Source: Candidatus Undinarchaeota archaeon | GTDB taxonomy: Archaea > SpSt-1190 | Assembly (NCBI GenBank): GCA_964549355.1 | Contig: CAZJUS010000005.1 | Coordinates: 1-36,305, forward strand | Direction of reading: 5' to 3' | Length of the DNA: 36,305 nucleotides | Part shown: piece by piece, positions 34,017-36,305 of the stretch | Layout: every line of letters starts with the position of its first letter | How positions within the stretch are numbered: position 1 is the first letter of the stretch | The notes under the pieces: generated by a model | Database searches by the model: none | What the model saw: only the letters and a program-made list of their open reading frames with translations | Told to the model about the DNA's origin: nothing | Translations under genes and position numbers: made by a program

Positions 34017-35995
34017 AGCTTCAACCCCCTCTTTACTGCATCGCTGTAGGAGACGGCGTATGCTTCGATGCCCAACTGCCGGGCTTTGTACGCCATCTCA
34101 GAAGCTTTGTGGGCCTTTTTGCACACAAAGATGTATTTTTTGCCCTTTTCGGCTGAAAAGCCGGGGCGCTTCAAAAGATAAACAATTTCAAAGCCACCCC
34201 AGTTTTCTGGGGGCTTCATTGCTTCAATTTCCATCTTTTTGCTCAATCGGAGCCCGGATGCAAGCCTATCATAGTCGAAACTCAAATTTTCCTCGATTTC
34301 CAAGATTTTTTGTTTTTTCGGGTGGGCGTTTGAATGGGTTTCAATTGAGCAGAACTCAGGTATCTGCGAGCTTGCTTCATAGCTTCCAATTTTTTTGGCA
34401 ATGCTGATTGTTTCTTCTTTGTCCATTCCAACCAAGGGGCGGAGCACTGGGATTTTTACGGCACCGTGCAAGACTGCAATTGACTGCAGAGTTTGTGAAG
34501 ATGCCTGCCCGATGCTTTCTCCTGTAATCAATGCAGAGTAGCCGTGCATGCATGCGACCTTTTCTGCCAGCCGGTACAAAAACCGCTTTAAGATTGTCTG
34601 CCGTTCACCTTCATTCACTTTGCTTGTTATTTGGTTCACGGCCTCTGAAGTGTTTATAACATATAATTTGGAGTTTGGGAACCAGGGTTTGACAGCTTCA
34701 TAAACCGAGTGGACTTTTGTTTCCAGGACAGGGCCTAAGGGATTCATAAATAAGAAATCAATTGACACTCCCCGCTTTCCAACCATCCATGCTGCAACAG
34801 GCGAGTCAATACCTCCTGAAAACAAAGCCAGTGCTCTGCCTTCTGCACCTTCCGGCATTCCTCCCGGCCCGTCAACCCTTTTTGTGAATATATGTGCAGA
34901 ATCTTTATGAATTTCAACTTCCAGGTTGTGGTCGAAATTTTTTAAATTGACATCAGCTTCCGGGACTTCTTCTTTCACAATTCTGCCAAGTTCAGCCTGC
35001 AGTTTCATGGAGGTCATGGGATAAGCTTTGTTCTGCCTCTGTACGGTTACTCTGAATTTTTCGCCGTCATTCACAGTCAATCTCACAACTTCTCTAAATC
35101 GGGCTTCCAACTCGTCCAACGGGACTTTTAGGACGGGGCTCAACGATTTGACCCCAAAGATGTGCCGGATTTTTTCAACCGCAGCTTCTGTGAATGGGGA
35201 AACCAAAAGCCGGGTGCTTTCCTGTTGAATCCTGCAGTCCGGCACCACGTCGGAGATATTTTTTATGAGCCTTTTTGCCATCCAACTTTTGGTGGTCCTG
35301 CTCTTGAGCCAGATTTCTGATACTCTGATTACAATTGCATTCCATTTTGTGAATCCTTTTGATTTTCCAATAGTGTATTTTGTGAACGATGTTCCGTCGA
35401 AGTCCAAAACCTTGGAAGTTTTTGGCGGGTTTTCAATTATGTTGATGACTTCCATGGCCATCCTTGAACCAATTATCCCTGCTGTAGCCCCCATGACTTG
35501 CGGTTTTTCACTTTTTGGTTTTGGGCGGGGGATTAATTTTGCATCTTTCTCTGAAACCAAGATTGCAATTTGTCCGTATTTTTTTTCAATCCCTCCGTGG
35601 ACTACAATTTTTTTGTTTTTCAAGGCGACTTTCCATAAGGCAGTTCTTGATTCCCAGTTGTCAAAACAGTCTACAATAATGTCCGATTTTTTTATGAGAT
35701 TTTCCGTAATTTTTTGCGAACTTTTAACCTTAATTGTGGAGTTGAGCGCTTTAATCCTTTTTTCAGCAGTGATTGATTTGGGTTTTCCAAGGTCACTTTC
35801 AGTATACAGTATTTGTCTGTTTAGGTTGCTTTCTTCAAGTTTGTCTCTGTCGACCAAAATCAAGGTGCCGACGCCTGCGGATGCCAGATACATGGCGACG
35901 GGCGAGCCAAGCCCGCCGAGGCCTGCAACCAGGACTGTCGCTCCACTGAGCTTTGCCTGATCCACCGTCTTGTCCTGCCGTTCATATCTGCTCAT
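34013..35995 (-). CDS. thiI: Fusion of a ThiF/MoeB (E1-like) adenylyltransferase and tRNA 4-thiouridine synthase ThiI (THUMP, PP-loop, rhodanese-like tail)
   Basis: N-terminal RYERQ, GLGGLGS, SNLNRQ, DCFDN, then EIWLKS, a THUMP region, LFSGGIDSPVA, TGESIGQASSQT, RPLVGMDKEE and EFC. C-terminal IFVCKKAHKA. Confidence 0.9.
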   Translation of the reverse strand: MSRYERQDKTVDQAKLSGATVLVAGLGGLGSPVAMYLASAGVGTLILVDRDKLEESNLNRQILYTESDLGKPKSITAEKRIKALNSTIKVKSSQKITENLIKKSDIIVDCFDNWESRTALWKVALKNKKIVVHGGIEKKYGQIAILVSEKDAKLIPRPKPKSEKPQVMGATAGIIGSRMAMEVINIIENPPKTSKVLDFDGTSFTKYTIGKSKGFTKWNAIVIRVSEIWLKSRTTKSWMAKRLIKNISDVVPDCRIQQESTRLLVSPFTEAAVEKIRHIFGVKSLSPVLKVPLDELEARFREVVRLTVNDGEKFRVTVQRQNKAYPMTSMKLQAELGRIVKEEVPEADVNLKNFDHNLEVEIHKDSAHIFTKRVDGPGGMPEGAEGRALALFSGGIDSPVAAWMVGKRGVSIDFLFMNPLGPVLETKVHSVYEAVKPWFPNSKLYVINTSEAVNQITSKVNEGERQTILKRFLYRLAEKVACMHGYSALITGESIGQASSQTLQSIAVLHGAVKIPVLRPLVGMDKEETISIAKKIGSYEASSQIPEFCSIETHSNAHPKKQKILEIEENLSFDYDRLASGLRLSKKMEIEAMKPPENWGGFEIVYLLKRPGFSAEKGKKYIFVCKKAHKASEMAYKARQLGIEAYAVSYSDAVKRGLKL

Positions 35996-36020
35996 AACAT
36001 CCCCTTTGACTAAGGCATCC

Positions 36021-36049
36021 TTTGGTCAAACCCCGCGGAGCGGGGTTTG
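36021..36049. repeat. REP-like element 1: TTTGGT followed by a 10-bp palindrome
   Basis: TTTGGT-CAAACCCCGC-GGA-GCGGGGTTTG. Confidence 0.7.
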
Positions 36050-36069
36050 CGGGGGACCGGATTCGAACC
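36047..36069 (-). repeat. 23-bp duplicate of the tRNA-Leu 3' end
   Basis: TTGCGGGGGACCGGATTCGAACC is identical to 36148-36170. Confidence 0.9.
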
Positions 36070-36114
36070 TGCGATCGGAACCCCTTCAGGGTTCCGATAC
36101 ATCCCTTCGGATTT

Positions 36115-36150
36115 TTTGGTCAAGCTTTTTGCCCGCGGGCAAAAAACTTG
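36115..36150. repeat. REP-like element 2
   Basis: TTTGGT-CAAGCTTTTTGCCC-GC-GGGCAAAAAACTTG (one mismatch). Confidence 0.7.
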
Positions 36151-36231
36151 CGGGGGACCGGATTCGAACCGGTGAACCCACTTGGGATCAGGTCTTGAGC
36201 CTGACGCGTTTAACCGCTCCGCCACCCCCGC
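36149..36231 (-). tRNA. tRNA-Leu(CAA), 83 nt, no encoded CCA
   Basis: GCGGGGG/CCCCCGC acceptor stem with A discriminator, TCAGG-CTCAAGA-CCTGA anticodon arm, long variable arm, ACCGG-TTCGAAT-CCGGT T arm. Confidence 0.96.
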
Positions 36232-36257
36232 GACTGCAATCAGTCGACACGCTAAGT

Positions 36258-36284
36258 TTTGGTCGAGCTTTTCTTAAAAGCTCG
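36258..36284. repeat. REP-like element 3
   Basis: TTTGGT-CGAGCTTTT-CTT-AAAAGCTCG. Confidence 0.7.
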
Positions 36285-36305
36285 TAACCACTCCGCCACC
36301 CCCGC
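36285..36305 (-). repeat. 21-bp copy of the tRNA-Leu 5' end (one mismatch), ending at the window edge
   Basis: Minus strand GCGGGGGTGGCGGAGTGGTTA versus tRNA GCGGGGGTGGCGGAGCGGTTA. Confidence 0.88.

Noticed and set aside
33364..35960. Long plus-strand ORFs of 347 aa and 231 aa
   Set aside because: They are antisense to the clearly identified moeA and thiF-thiI genes.
35970..36287. ORFs 35970-36287 (+) and 36010-36225 (-)
   Set aside because: They overlap the tRNA and GC-rich hairpins and show no protein-like features.
36021..36305. CRISPR array or intact integrated element at the tRNA
   Set aside because: The hairpins differ in sequence and spacing, there are no cas or integrase genes, and the tRNA 3' duplicates are only 101 bp apart.

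Overview
Archaeal, probably DPANN-like, genomic window: TATA boxes sit about 27-30 nt before start codons and the tRNA has no encoded CCA. Positions 3-22940 hold one giant minus-strand ORF of at least 7,646 codons that the ORF track misses because it runs off the left edge without a stop. It encodes a secreted, sequon-rich surface protein with two DUF2341 domains, three H-type-lectin-like repeats, 13 copies of a ~320-aa Cys/Asp-rich repeat and a duplicated ~830-aa block. It is translationally coupled to a small protein with a class III (pilin-like) signal motif. Divergently lie a wHTH gene, a MinD-like ATPase, three tandem paralogous secreted proteins, a type I membrane protein with CWB2-like repeats, and an 800-aa DUF2341-LamG-CARDB protein ending in a fourth copy of the paralog domain. 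A second MinD closes the cluster. I infer this locus is a candidate undescribed archaeal appendage or attachment system (shaft subunits, tip adhesin, anchor, positioning ATPases, giant adhesin). The right end carries an Lrp-like regulator, moeA, an unusual ThiF/MoeB-ThiI fusion, and tRNA-Leu(CAA) flanked by copies of its own 5' and 3' ends and by REP-like hairpins. Domain names come from manual motif recognition, not database searches, and domain boundaries are approximate.
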